64,000 nt of DNA from Octopus bimaculoides (Eukaryota): NCBI RefSeq assembly GCF_001194135.2, contig NC_068990.1:67379416-67443415 (forward strand), given 5' to 3'. The notes beneath the pieces are model-generated. The model saw only the letters and a program-made list of their open reading frames with translations. It was not told where the DNA came from and did not search any database. This document shows positions 25,672-40,256 of the stretch, in pieces. Made by a program: the position numbers and the translations under genes. Every line of letters begins with the position of its first letter. Position 1 is the first letter of the stretch.

Positions 25672-25732
25672 TATTATTATTATTATTATTAGTATNNNNN
25701 NNNNNATAATAATAATAATAATAATAATAATT

Positions 25733-25774
<42 letters not shown>

Positions 25775-25983
25775 TTATTCTTTTCCTTGTTTCAGTCTTT
25801 TGACTGCGGCCATGCTGAAGCACCACTTTTAGTCGGACAAATTGACTGCAGGACTTATTCTTTATAAACCTAGTACTTATTCTATCAGTCTCTTTTACCA
25901 AACCACTAAGTTACAGAGATGTAAACACACCAACACTGGTCATCAAGCGATGGTGGGGGGGACAAACACAGATATACAAACAT

Positions 25984-26021
<38 letters not shown>

Positions 26022-28931
26022 GATGGGCTTCTTTCAGTTTCCGTCTACGAAATCCAGTCACAAGGCTTTGGTCGGCCCAAGGCTATAGCAGAAGACACTC
26101 ACCCAAGGTGCCATGCAGTAGGACTGAACCTGGAACCATGTGGTTGGGAAACAAGCTCCTTACCACATAGCCACTCCTGTGCCTAATAATAATGATTTCA
26201 AATCTTGGCATAAAGTCTGAAATTTTAGGGGAGGAGATTAATTGATCACATCCAGCCCAGTGTTCAACTGGTACTTAGGCCCTGAAAGGATGAAAGTAAA
26301 GTTGCCATCTGTGGAATTCGAACTCAGAATAGAGGGACGTGTTAAATGCCACTAAGCATTTTGCCTGGCATTCAAACGATTCTGCCAGGTTTCTGCTGCT
26401 TTGATAATAATAATAATATTTATGCTTAGGAGGAAAAGGTGAAAGATAATGCAGATAGATAATGATAATGATGGTAGATGCTGCTGCTACCGAAGATAAT
26501 GATTGGGAGGGTGATTATGGCAGATCATAGAGATAATGATAGGCAATACTGCTGCTGCTTCTGCTGATGGTGGTGATGATGACAATGATGATACATAATC
26601 CTAATCATGATAAAGTTAACTTAACACCTCGCATTAAATGCTGCAGATTAACATAAAGGAAGGTAACTCTTGTGAAGACATTAAGGTATTTATATACTCT
26701 TTTACTCTTTTACTTGTTTCAGTCATTTGACTGTGGCCATGCTGGAGCACTGCCTTTAGTTGAGTAAATCGACCCCAGGACTTAATCTTTGGATGCCTAG
26801 TACTTATTCTATCGGTCTCTTTTTGCCAAACTGCTAAGTTACGGGGACATAAACACACCACCATCGGTTGTCAAGCGATGTTGGGGGGACAAACACAGAC
26901 ACAAATACACAGACAAACATATATATATATATATATATATATANNNNNNNNNNNNNNNNNNNNNNNNNNNNNNNNNNNNNNNNNNNNNNNNNNNNNNNNN
27001 NNNNNNNNNNNNNNNNNNNNNNNNNNNNNNNNNNNNNNNNNNNNNNNNNNNNNNNNNNNNNNNNNNNNNNNNNNNNNNNNNNNNNNNNNNNNNNNNNNNN
27101 NNNNNNNNNNNNNNNNNNNNNNNNNNNNNNNNNNNNNNNNNAGAAAACACTTGCCCAAGGTACCAAGCAGTGGGAATGAACCCGGAACCATGTGGTTGGT
27201 AAGCAAGCTACTTACCACACAGCCACTCCTGTGCCTATAAACATATATAAACTATTCAGATCACATAGAAGTGTGTATAACTATCAAATGCACAGAAGGA
27301 CATTATTATTTATGTATACAAAATGCTAGACACAACTCGAGGAAAAAGACTACGAGTAGGAGTGTGATCATTCCACCTACTACACAAATACTGTCAACTT
27401 GATGAAGACTTTCAACACAGTCAGCAGGGACGGTCCTGTGGGAGGTCATGGAGGAGTTTAGCTGCATGAGCAGGTTAATTATTATAGATTGGTCATCTTT
27501 GACAATGAAGGAGGAACAATGATATATATGTGCTTGACCAGACCACTAGAAATAGTAGCTAAATCTCTTTCAAATCTTTACTGCATTTTCTTTTTTTTCA
27601 AAGGTAATACTGAATAATTTAGTTTGAGATAATCTAAAGCTGAAAAGAATGGATGGTCATGGTTATATTGGCTCTGATCATGGGTTTGCTCAAGCAGGGC
27701 TAAGCAGCAAAGGTGATGGTAGTGATGACGGTGACATCACTGATGACGACGATAATGTCGATGATGATGATGATGTCAATGACGATGATGACGTCAATGA
27801 TGTTGATGACGTCAGTGATAATGATGACAACAACAACAGTTGACATAGCTATTGCAACAACCACAAAATTTACTGTTAGCAATGACACTAAGGCTTTCTA
27901 TCTTCTCTGCGCACAATGCCACGATTCAGAGTTTTGGTACTACGATGTTTATCATTAGCTGTTGTGTGGCTTTAACAGTAGTGAAGTGAAACTGTAGGAA
28001 TTCTGGCAGAAAGAGAATTCCAAGTGAAAATGGAGACAGGCAGAAATAAACAGGGGAAGTCATTGAGAATGGTGCTTTACCATTTTTATCAACATGCTAC
28101 ATTTCATGACAACAAGAATAACAGCAGCAACATCAAGGATAACAACAACAACAACAACAACGATGGGAGAAACATCAATAAAAAATAGCGCAATAAGTTT
28201 CTATAAACATTAGTGAAGAAAGGAGTAGACAAGAAACAACAGTTGCACACAGGCTGCACAAACAACATCAACTACAACAACATCGTTTACATCAATAACA
28301 CTGGCAGAAATAGAAACTTTAGTGAGAATAATCACAGCAATTCATATCCCAAACATCAAACATGGACAGCAAAGGATCACACACGCACACACGCACACAC
28401 ACACACATGCACAAGAACACACACAGAGTCTCAAGCACATTCACATACAAACATAAATAGACAAACAAACAATTAACATAAAAACAACAATAAAATCAAT
28501 CAGGACAACAATAAAATCTTAAAAAAAAAAACATCAATGACAGGACATAAGAAAGAAAGAAAAAAAAGCATAAAACTGCAGCAGCAAGAACAACAACATT
28601 ACAAATACAAACAACAACAACAACAACAACAACAACAGCTACAACTATAATGAGAGAACAAGCTGACACAAATCAATTTACGAATCAATGCAGCATTAAG
28701 TGAAGCCATTTTCCAAACTAAAATGTGTGGACGTAACAATGTTTATACATCAGTTATTTTCATGTGGACAGAGCAGCTGGCAACACCCAAAAAGTCGTCA
28801 TCATCTTCTGTAGTAAAATCATGTGAAAATAGCTAGAGCATAGAACTCTTTGCTTTTGATAAATGTTTATATCTACCCACTTCATTTTAATCCAGCAAAA
28901 CATTTTTTTTTTCTTTTTTTCCAGCTGGAAT

Positions 28932-29560
28932 GGTTATGTCCAGTAGCCATTATGAGTTTTCCTATCAGACATGGTTCTGAAAAGGGTTAGCACTTTGATA
29001 ATAGAATTCATAGTTACGTTAGTTATATGTAGTAGCAATTATATAGGGCTGCCAGCTGCTGTGATCATGGAAAAAGTTAACTAACTGACAATAGGATCAA
29101 CAGCTTAGAACAGTTATATGTAGTGACCATTAGGTAAGGTTATTAATTTATGCACAAGACGTGAAAGGATTATGGAATTTGGTTTAGGATTTACAGTTAG
29201 AATGGAATTTATTAGCCATTAAATTGTGTAGTGCTACCAATAGTTGTGGGTTTGAGAGAAATAACAGACCAACAACCACATGCGCAATTAGAAATGCTGG
29301 CTGTAGATATGAGTAATAGTCACAGTGTTAATAGTAATTGTAACTGTGAAAGCATTAAAATACTGGCAAGAGAAAGTTAGCATTCGAAGAGTTATATGTA
29401 GCGACCATTATATGACGATACAGTGCTGCCAGTAATTGGGAAGATGAAAGGGTTAACACATTGTCAACTAGATTTGCAGACCGAATAAGTTATATGAAGC
29501 TATACAGTAGCCATTATATCGAGCTGTCAGAGCAGCTTTGGACTTGAAAGTGTGAATTAG
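28932..29560. repeat. Highly degenerate tandem repeat, unit about 90-98 bp
   Basis: Motif agttatatgtagYRRCcatta at 29021, 29112 and 29390, variants at 28932 and 29488; spacings 89, 91, 278 (about three units) and 98. Confidence 0.65.
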
Positions 29561-30989
29561 CATTTGAAAGCAGATTTCATGTGAGACAGCGAGATATCAA
29601 AAGAAGAACAGGAAACTGGGTACAGATAACGTGATGATATGAAATACGGAGAATCTCTAAAATTGAAATGATTCACATCTAAGTAAAATAATACTTGTCT
29701 CTTTATAAATTTTAAACCACGAAACACATGCTACCATTTTGTTTTGTTTTATTTTTTGCTCATGTTTTCATACGTTTTATTTTAAAATTGATTTTAGTCA
29801 ACTGCATTTTTGTTTGTTTTTGCTGTCTTTCCAACTTTTGAGCAAATAATTATCCAGAGGAAATACAGAAGAACATGTTAATAATTTTGTTTTAAAATTT
29901 TTTCATTCCAATTGGTATAAGTCTTCTTCAGTAGTTGTTGTGCAAGAAAATAGAATAAACATTATAGAATTAAAAATAAAATCTTTTATCTTATACTAAT
30001 CTCAGTCATTAGACTTCGGTCATGCTGGGCACCACCTTCAAGGGTTTCAGGTGAACAAATCAACCCCAGTAATTAGTTTTTAAAGTTTGCCATGTATTCC
30101 ATCAGTCTCTTATGCCAAACCATTAAGTTACTGGAATCTAAATGAACCAGCACTGGTTGTCAAGCATTATTGGGGGACAAACACAAAGACATACACACAC
30201 ATGCACTCACACACATACATCAGCCCAAGTACTTGACTGGTACTTATTTTATCATCCCTGAAAGACAAATTCAACTTTGGTGGAATTTGAATTCAGAATG
30301 CAAAGCTAGAACACATATCACTATGTTAATATCATTGCTGCCTGATTGCCTTTTTAAAGGTTTTGCATATGGCACCTAGGTTTCCATGTGATCATCCATC
30401 TAATTACCAAGCTCAACTTTGCTTAACTTCAGTGATTGAATTAGAAGTTGTGCTTTTAAGGTGCTATGGCAGCAATAATGATGATGATAGTGATAATAAT
30501 AATGGTTTCAAACTTAGGCTCAAGGCCAGCAATGCTAATTGAAGGAGATTAAATAATTACATCAACCCCACTGTTCAAATTATATTTATTTTATCAACCC
30601 CCAAAAAATGTCAGGCAAAGTGAACCTTGGTGGAACTTGAACTCAGAAGGTAAAGTGCTGGAAGAAGTAAGTATTTTGTCCAAAGCTCTAATGATTTTTC
30701 CAGTAGTTTAAATATTATCTGATACAGAAACTCAGTCAGCTAGGTAGAATGGGTAGATGTGCTTGTTATAACAAATGTTAACAGTCTACTCAGAGTTTTA
30801 CTCAGGACTAGGAAATTCCTGATGGCATGAGAGTTGTGAACAGCATAGCTTGGAGTGAAACTCTGAGCTCACTGTCACTTTTTGATATAATAAGCGCACA
30901 TACACAGAAATACACACACACATACTGGACCAGATTTAGGCAGACTGGACTAAATTATATTTTCGTTTCAATAAAGGAGCTTGCTTAAA

Positions 30990-31390
30990 CCTCTTGATAC
31001 CAACCTACCTGAAACTGCCTTCAGTTTCATGAAGGTAACTTCATACTTTAACATGATCTCACTTAAAACTTTTAGATGTTAATTTGTGTCCGAAATACCA
31101 ACTTAATAATGACAAAATTATTTTAATAAATTCTTCATTATTTTCGAAATCAATTGAAACAAAGGCAGTGTATTCCAACAGAAAGGTTGATACCAAACCA
31201 CCTGAGACTGCCCTAGTTCGATGCTACAATCTTCTTGTTTTAAAGTGATGTAAATTAAAACCTTCCATTAAAATATCATGTTAATTTATGTTCCAAAAAC
31301 CAAATTAATAATGATAAAGTTATTTTAATTCTTCATTTATTTCAAAATTAATTGAAACAAAGGTAGTGCATTTCAAAAGAAATATAGAAA
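30990..31390. repeat. Two tandem diverged copies (about 195 bp) of a MITE-like repeat
   Basis: gataccaacctacctgaaactgcc..aattgaaacaaaggcagtg is repeated as gataccaaaccacctgagactgcc..aattgaaacaaaggtagtg. Confidence 0.75.
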
Positions 31391-31624
31391 CAAAATAATT
31401 AAAATGTCAGAAAGAATGGTGTGTGAGATCAGACTTTCTCTAAAGACATGATCATGATCACTGCAAATGGTAAGAAGCTTGCTTTCCAGCTATACTGTTT
31501 TGGGTTCAGATCCACTGTATGGCACCTTGGGCATGTGTCTCCTACTATAATCCAAGGCTGATCAAACCCTTGTGAGTGGATTTGGTAAAAGAAAACTGAA
31601 AGAAGCCCATCGTATACATATTAT

Positions 31625-31671
<47 letters not shown>

Positions 31672-32420
31672 TATATGTAATTATTCAGTTTTATTTCAAG
31701 ATTTCATGCCAATAACAAAAGAGCCAGTTTCTAACCAAAATCCAAGACTCCTTCATTGGAAGTTCAGCACCATCAACAGGGTATTTTTGGATGTATGTAT
31801 ATTTTCAGATTTGTATGTTTTGTTTCAAATATGTGTTCTCATACGCATGGTTGCTTGTCTAGACATGCTCATATATACTGGAACTATAAACTTCAGGTAA
31901 GTTTTACAGATATTGAAAGTTCTAGTGATGGCTTGAATCTCTAAGCTTCCAATCAGCTTTCTCCTTTCTGGTTTTGAAATGCCTAAATTTCTCCAGATAT
32001 GTGTGGGTGTATGTCTATGTATGTATACATACGTATATTTATGTGTGTGTCTATGTATTTGTGTTTGTTCCCCAACACTGCTTGACAACTGGTGTTGGTT
32101 TGTTTACATACACATAGATTTACAGTTTGGCAAAATGAGATCAACAGAATAAGCATCAGGTTTTGAAATAATTACTGGGATCAATTTGTTTGACAAAACC
32201 TTTCAATGTGATGCCCCAGCATGGTCACAGTCGTCCAATGACTGAAACAATTAAAATATAAGAGATAAATTAAACATCTTGATATCTTTAGGTCACCTAA
32301 TTGTTAGAGCTACAAATCATGTCACCAATGAACTACTGGTTTATTAGTAAATGATTTCAGGCTCAAATGAAAAGCTTGTTAGTTTTACTGAAATATAACA
32401 TTTTATATGTAACATTTTTA

Positions 32421-32658
32421 TACTCTTTTTACTGTTTTACTTGTTTCAGTCATTTGACTGTGGCCATGCTGGAGCACCGCCTTTAGCCGAGCAAATCAAC
32501 CCCGGGACATATTCTTTGTAAGCCTAGTACTTATTCTATCGGTCTCTTTTTGCCCAACCGCTAAGTGACGGGGATGTAAACACACCAGCATCGGTTGTCA
32601 AGCAATGCTAGGGGGACAAACACAGACACACAAGCATACACACACATCACATACACAA

Positions 32659-32705
<47 letters not shown>

Positions 32706-32869
32706 TACGATGGGCTTCTTTCAGTTTCCGTCTTCCAAATCCACTCACAAGGCGTTGGTCGGCCTGAGGCTATAGTAGAAGACACTTGCCCAAGGTGCCA
32801 CGCAGTGGGACTGAACCCGGAACCATTTGGTTGGTAAGCAAGCTACCTACCACACAGTCACTCCTGCGC
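32421..32869 (-). mobile_element. tRNA-headed SINE, family D, with an internal (CA)n(TA)n microsatellite; other copies near 21350-21740, 25775-26224, 26700-27235 (-) and 15230-15570, 31470-32270, 33265-33840 (+)
   Basis: Head gcgcaggagtgactgtgtggtaggtagcttgc..gggttcagtccc; conserved 5' and 3' halves separated by a dinucleotide tract at the same position in every copy. Confidence 0.85.
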
Positions 32870-33415
32870 TTATGTGTATATTTATTTTATTTACTTCACA
32901 TGTATAATTATTTCATGTGAAGATGCATGGCTCAGTGGTTAGGGTGCTGGGCTCACACTAATGAGATAGTGAGTTCAATTCCTGGATCAGGCTGTGCATT
33001 GTGTTCTTTAGCAAGACACTTTATTTCACATTGCTCCAGTTCACTCAGCTGTAGAAATGTGTCATGATGTCACTGGTGCCAAGTTTTTGCCTTTCCCTAG
33101 GATAACATTATTGGTGTGGAGAAGGGAGCCTGGTATGCATGGGTGACTGCTGGTCTTCCATAAACAAATCTGCCTGGATTTGTACCTCGGAAGGGAACTT
33201 TCTAGGTGCAATTTTACAGGTCTTTATTTACTTCATTGACACAGAGGCACAGCTGTATAGTAAGAAGTTTACTTTACAACCACATAGTTTCAGGTTCAGT
33301 CCCACTCCATACCACCTTCATTCAGTAAGTGACTTCTACTATAGCCTTGCCTTGGACCAACCAAAGCCTTGTGAGTGGATTTTGTGAATGGAAACTGAAA
33401 AAAGCCCATCATTTA

Positions 33416-33451
<36 letters not shown>

Positions 33452-35664
33452 CATGTTGTTGCAAACAGGAAAAAATCGAGCTCAAAATATTAATATATAT
33501 ATATGTTCGTTAATATATAGCTAAACCAACGGAGTAACTCAAGGTTCAAGAATTTCATGCATTGGCACTTATCAAAAGTTTGATAAGTGTCAACACACGA
33601 AAATATATATGTGTGTGTATGTTTTTTTATGTCTGTGTTTGTCTTCCACCATAGCTTGACAATTGGTGTTTGTGTGTTGACGACCCTATGAATTGGCAGT
33701 TCAGCAAAAAAGGCCGACAGAATAGGTACCAGGCTTTTAAAAAAAAAAGTAATTGGATCAATTCATCTGGCTAAAACTTCTTGAAGATGGTGCCCCAGCA
33801 TAGCTGCAGTCTAATGGCTAAAACAAGTAAAAGATAAAATACATATTGTGTGTGTGCATATGCATATATATATATATATATATATATGACTGCAGAGGAA
33901 ATTTATGTAATATACATTACATAACAGGAATGACTAAATTATTTTCCTCATCCGTGTTTATATACAAGATGTAAAATTTGTCATCTGCTTGTTGTTGAAA
34001 CAGTTGTAGATCGTGCAATATATGTAACGTGAATTAATCCATTCTTCACTCATTACTTATCCATATCTATCTGCCTACCTGTCTGTCTGTCTATGTATGT
34101 GTGTGTGTATATATGTATATTTAGTTCCTAAAACAAAAATATTTAAGTGCAAATACTGCTGACTAATATCTATTGATAACCTGACTAAAAGAAAACAGTT
34201 TATTAAATATTTTTTTAAATACGAGATGTCAAACCAAATGGGTTATATTGCATAAATACTTTACACACTTGCTAAGTCTCATGAATTTCAGTATATTTCA
34301 TTTACGTTTGTAATTTCATAGATTTTGTAATGTTTCCTCGAGAAAGTTAATTATATATTTTGTTTAAGCTATGAAAATATTGAAGACATACTGGAGACAT
34401 GGTCTCTGTAGCATTGATTTTATTCATCAAATGGTGAGTCATCTCTAACTCAGCAAATGTAATATACTTCACCAAGAAAATATTATAAAAGTATATTTAT
34501 TATCATCATCATAATCATCATTTAATGTTCATTTTATATGCTGATATGGGTTGGATGGATTTACAGGATCTGATGGGTTTGAAGACAGCCACAGGCTCCA
34601 CTGTCTGCTCTAGCAGTCCTCTCCCTCTCTCTCTTATGTATGTAAATGCTTATGGAAGTGTGTGGTTTAGTGGTTAGGGTATTACACTCACAAACATAAA
34701 ATTGTGGTTTTGATTCCTGGTTCAGCCAATATGCTGTGTTCTTGAGCAAAACACTTCATTTCACATTGCTCCAGTTCACTCAGCTGGAAAATGTGAGCAA
34801 TCCTATGATGACCTGGCTTCCCGTCCAGTGGGGAATATGTATATGTATACACCACAGAATCTGTGTTTACACACAAACACACACACACACACACACTACT
34901 AATCTAATCACCAAACATTATTCATTCACAAAGCATTTGTTGACACAAATCTATGATCCAAGACATTTACCTAAGGAAATACACAATGGAATTGCACCTG
35001 GAACAAATTGGTTGAGATGTGAATTTCTTAACCACATAGCTTTCCTTGCACCCATGAAACATGCCAACTTTGCTGAAATTTCAGTACCAGAAAATATTGG
35101 CACTCCTAAAATATTTTAGTCACAGAAACTATAAACTACCATAAAACTGAAATACATTGCAAAATATGACATTACATGTTATGCTTGCTTATTACATACG
35201 GCAGGGATGGGGGGAATGAAACATGGCTTCTGGAGATTCATTTTACCGTTCTCCTAGAGAAGACAATAAAATATGTCTGACAACCTATTTTCATGTCATC
35301 TTTCCAATAGAATATCTTCAATAACAGTCCAAGTCTCTGAGGGGTCCATGTCTTTTATTCTAGATATTACCATCTTTTGTGGTTTATGTCATAGACAACA
35401 CAACATTACATAGACATCATGTTACACTGATGTGTGAAGATTGGTAGATCTTGACAAACGTCTATTAATAGGATACTTTTCTAAACTATAAAGCCAGGTG
35501 TAGCTGTGTGGTTAAGAAGATTGCTTTCTGACAACATGGTTTTGAGTTCAGTTCCACCTTGTGATGCCATGGGTAATTGTCTTCTATAATAGCCCCAGGC
35601 TATTGTCAGCAGGTTTGCCTGATGGAAACTAAAGAAACCTTTCATGCATATATATATATAAATA

Positions 35665-35735
<71 letters not shown>

Positions 35736-36994
35736 TCATCATCATCATCGTTTAACGTCTGCTTTCCTTGCTAGCATGGGTTGGACGATTTCACTGAGGA
35801 TTGGCAAGCCAGAAGGCTGCAGGAAGCTCCAATCTGATCTGGCAGTTGGATGCCCTTCCTAACACCAATGACACTCAGAGTGTAGTGGGTGCTTTTACGT
35901 GCCACCAGCACAAGTGCTAGAAGGCGACGCTGGTAATGATTATGCTCGAATTACGCTTAAATATATATATAGATTATCAACCACACACATAAGCTTTGTG
36001 TATTTGCTTGTAGGCTGTAATTTGGCATAATGGAGAATATTCTCTCTAAGTGGTGCTGGGTGTTAAAACACCTGAAAATCATGGACAAATCTGATCCAGA
36101 AAACACATGCCTGAAATGCTTATAGTGGGACTGAACCCAAGACCATGTGATTGAGAGGCAAACTCATTAACCAACCATATAACCATGTCTACACTTACCC
36201 ATCTCATAATTTAGCACAATCACAAAAATAATTTGCTAAAGTAAGTTACATACTTGAAAATAAGCACTAGGGTCAATATCATTGAATAAAACTCTTCAAA
36301 GCAATGCCCCAGCAGTGAAGAGACCAATACTTGAGAAAGAATCATGCAGGGGTATATTAAAAGATTTATAAGATATAATTATATGGCTTGGAGTGGGAGA
36401 GACAAAAAAAAAAAAGAAATCAATGATTAGTATTATTTCAGCCGGGTACTGGCAACACTTCCAATGTACTTTTATTAAAAATTGATTCTATTGAAGTGAA
36501 TAGAAAGGGATTTAAGGAATTTTTATAGTAAATAAGCAAACTAGCTTGTTAACAAAATCTCTATTTGAGACAAAAGCATTATTTACACTGAGAAGTGATG
36601 TTTATCACCACATAAATATGGATGTTCTATAAGAATAGACAATACTGCTATTTTATTCCCAGGACATCTCCAGCTGGTTATTCAGTGCACTTTACACACA
36701 ATATTATATTGCAAGCAAGGATAGAACTCCCTACAATTCTAGCTCAGTGACCACCATCGATGGTTACTCATCTGCCAGACATAGCAGCCATTTAACCCAC
36801 TCGCAAAATATAGAAAAGCAGTCTCACGCAGTTGCTGGTTTTGCAACAAGTAAACTACTTCATCAAAAAAATCGCTATTAGAGAGGAAAGCAGTATTTAT
36901 ACTGAGAAGTGATACTTATAGCCACCTAAATATGGGTGCTGTATACAAACAGACAATGCTGCTATTTTAACCCCAGGACAACTGAAGTGCACTG

Positions 36995-37045
<51 letters not shown>

Positions 37046-37563
37046 NNNNNNNNNNNNNNNNNNNNNNNNNNNNNNNNNNNNNNNNNNNNNNNNNNNNNNN
37101 NNNNNNNNNNNNNNNNNNNNNNNNNNNNNNNNNNNNNNNNNNNNNNNNNNNNNNNNNNNNNNNNNNNNNNNNNNNNNNNNNNNNNNNNNNNNNNNNNNNN
37201 NNNNNNNNNNNNNNNNNNNNNNNNNNNNNNNNNNNNNNNNNNNNNNNNNNNNNNNNNNNNNNNNNNNNNNNNNNNNNNNNNNNNNNNNNNNNNNNNNNNN
37301 NNNNNNNNNNNNNNNNNNNNNNNNNNNNNNNNNNNNNNNNNNNNNNNNNNNNNNNNNNNNNNNNNNNNNNNNNNNNNNNNNNNNNNNNNNNNNNNNNNNN
37401 NNNNNNNNNNNNNNNNNNNNNNNNNNNNNNNNNNNNNNNNNNNNNNNNNNNNNNNNNNNNNNNNNNNNNNNNNNNNNNNNNNNNNNNNNNNNNNNNNNNN
37501 NNNNNNNNNNATATATATGTAGGCATATTTGTATATATAAATATATATGTATATATATAATTT

Positions 37564-37619
<56 letters not shown>

Positions 37620-37684
37620 AAATTCAGTACAGTATTAGAATGCCACTTGCTATGAACAGAACTATTATTGCTTTGAAACCAGAA

Positions 37685-37870
37685 ATTACTCACTATTAAA
37701 ATACACTCAGCAAATGCAACAGACATAACAGAAATAGACTTACCTTCCACAGAAAGTGAAATCAATTGATCCCAGAATTTACATATTCCTTACTTCTGTA
37801 GTTCATACAAGTTAAGCCTCTTTCTGTTATGTTTGTTGCATTCGCTGTGTGTATTTTAATAGTGAGTAAT
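37685..37870. repeat. Inverted repeat, 58-bp arms and 70-bp spacer (MITE-like fold-back)
   Basis: 37685-37742 and 37813-37870 are reverse complements with a few mismatches. Confidence 0.85.
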
Positions 37871-38327
37871 CTATGATTTTAGAGCGATAGCTTTGTTTAT
37901 ATCAAGTGGTGTTCTAATACCCCACTGAATTTTGTTAATATTTTTACCTATAAAGGTATAAACTTGCAAGCCACTTTATTATTATCGTTATTAAATATAA
38001 GAAGGGATGGTATTATTAAAGTATCATCATGAGTGGCGAGCAAATAATTAGCCATACAGGCAAATTAATAAAATATATACATACATTATAAGATATGTAC
38101 TTATATATATATGTATACATATATATATATATAACTACATATATATATATAACTATATATATATATATATATAACTACACTCTCTGAGTGGTTGGCGTTA
38201 GGAAGGGCATCCAGCTGTAGAAACTCTGCCAAATTTAGATTGGAGCCTGGTGTTGCCATCCGGTTTCACCAGTCCTCAGTCAAATCGTCCAACCCATGCT
38301 AGCATGGAAAGCGGACGTTAAACGATG

Positions 38328-38364
<37 letters not shown>

Positions 38365-39293
38365 AGGGCACTACATGACCACCTACATCACTAAAAATAT
38401 AAGTCAAAAATACTTGTGTGTGTGTGTGTGTAAAGAAAGGCATCCAACTGCAGAATCTGCTCCACAAGTATAGAAAAAAAATGAACAAATGGCAGTGCCC
38501 CAGCATGGCCACAGCTCATGAGCTGAAACTAGATAAAATGAAAAATGAATTAAATGTGTATGGTGAAGATTCATTTGGCACCATTTTGTATAGGGGCAAC
38601 ACAAGTTTTATAGTAAATTAGGTGATGTGTACAAATGTTACTACATATTCTCAATGACAGTTAGAACTGTGATTTTACACCATTTATCAGGTTGTTTCAT
38701 TTGAACATTATAACCAGGAAAAAGAAAACTGCTTTTAACATTCAAATGAAACAGCAGCAGAGAAGAGGTGTAGAATCATCCTGATTCTCATCACACTAGG
38801 AATAACTTGTCGCATTTAATGATAAAAATCTTACATGTTAATTCATCACAAATGTATATTTGAAACCTGAGCAAAAGAAATTAGTAACTGGTTGACAAAC
38901 CATTTCCCTTTGAATGAGAATTTATTTTAGAAAGCCTCATTTATAGTTTTATGAATAAATCCAAAGGAAAATAAAAGTTAGAGGAATGTTACACATCTCT
39001 TCATCAGTTATTTTTTCCTTATTGCTTCATATTATATAGAGATGAAAATCTTGACTTCATAAGAAGGATAAACCAAAATTTCTAGTAACACATATCATTT
39101 GCTCAGTAATTCTATGGTAGCACAGAATGGCTGATTCTCTTGTTAAGGATGTGGCAAAAATGTTGATTAAAAGAATGAAGCAATCAGAAGTGGCCAATGT
39201 TGGCACATGGTAAATCTGGAGAGCGAAACCTTGGAATTTAATGCTGTAAAATATCTGTATTTCTGTATGTGTCAATAAATATAGTTATGTGTG

Positions 39294-39333
<40 letters not shown>

Positions 39334-39365
39334 CATACATACATACATACACATACACATATACA

Positions 39366-39476
<111 letters not shown>

Positions 39477-39647
39477 NNNNNNNNNNNNNNNNNNNNNNNN
39501 NNNNNNNNNNNNNNNNNNNNNNNNNNNNNNNNNNNNNNNNNNNNNNNNNNNNNNNNNNNNNNNNNNNNNNNNNNNNNNNNNNNNNNNNNNNNNNNNNNNN
39601 NNNNNNNNNNNNNNNNNNNNNNNNNNNNNNNNNNNNNNNNNNNNNNN

Positions 39648-39699
<52 letters not shown>

Positions 39700-39727
39700 A
39701 CGCACAAACACACACACATATATTGTG

Positions 39728-39780
<53 letters not shown>

Positions 39781-40052
39781 CTTTGTATACATATTCATAC
39801 ATGTGCACTCAAGTGTGTAGGTACATGCAGAAAATATATATATCTATGACATACACACATGCATACACATATACATAACAAAAAAAAAATAAACAAAAGA
39901 CAATTGAGAATAAATATTAATAATATACACTGTAACTCTAATCAATCAACTATTTAACGAAGTAATGTTTCCTGGTAAATCTCTACGTACTGCCTTCATA
40001 ATTATTAAACTGATCTGTCTATACCAACTTTTTGTGTGTGTATGCACGTGAT

Positions 40053-40095
<43 letters not shown>

Positions 40096-40256
40096 GTGTG
40101 TGTACATGTGTGAGTGCACTGTTATTATGTGTGTTCATAGCAGTCTTTTATCTTTGCTTTGCGAGAGCAAACACAAAAAGACTCCACGCAGATGCTATAA
40201 TTCAGATTGTGTGACACACAAGACAGATATTAAGAGTTCGTTTAAGCCCCTTTGCA

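Noticed and set aside
28670-28860. Hox/Pbx-like and E-box motifs in unique sequence
   Set aside because: Short motifs are expected by chance in AT-rich DNA, and there is no independent evidence.
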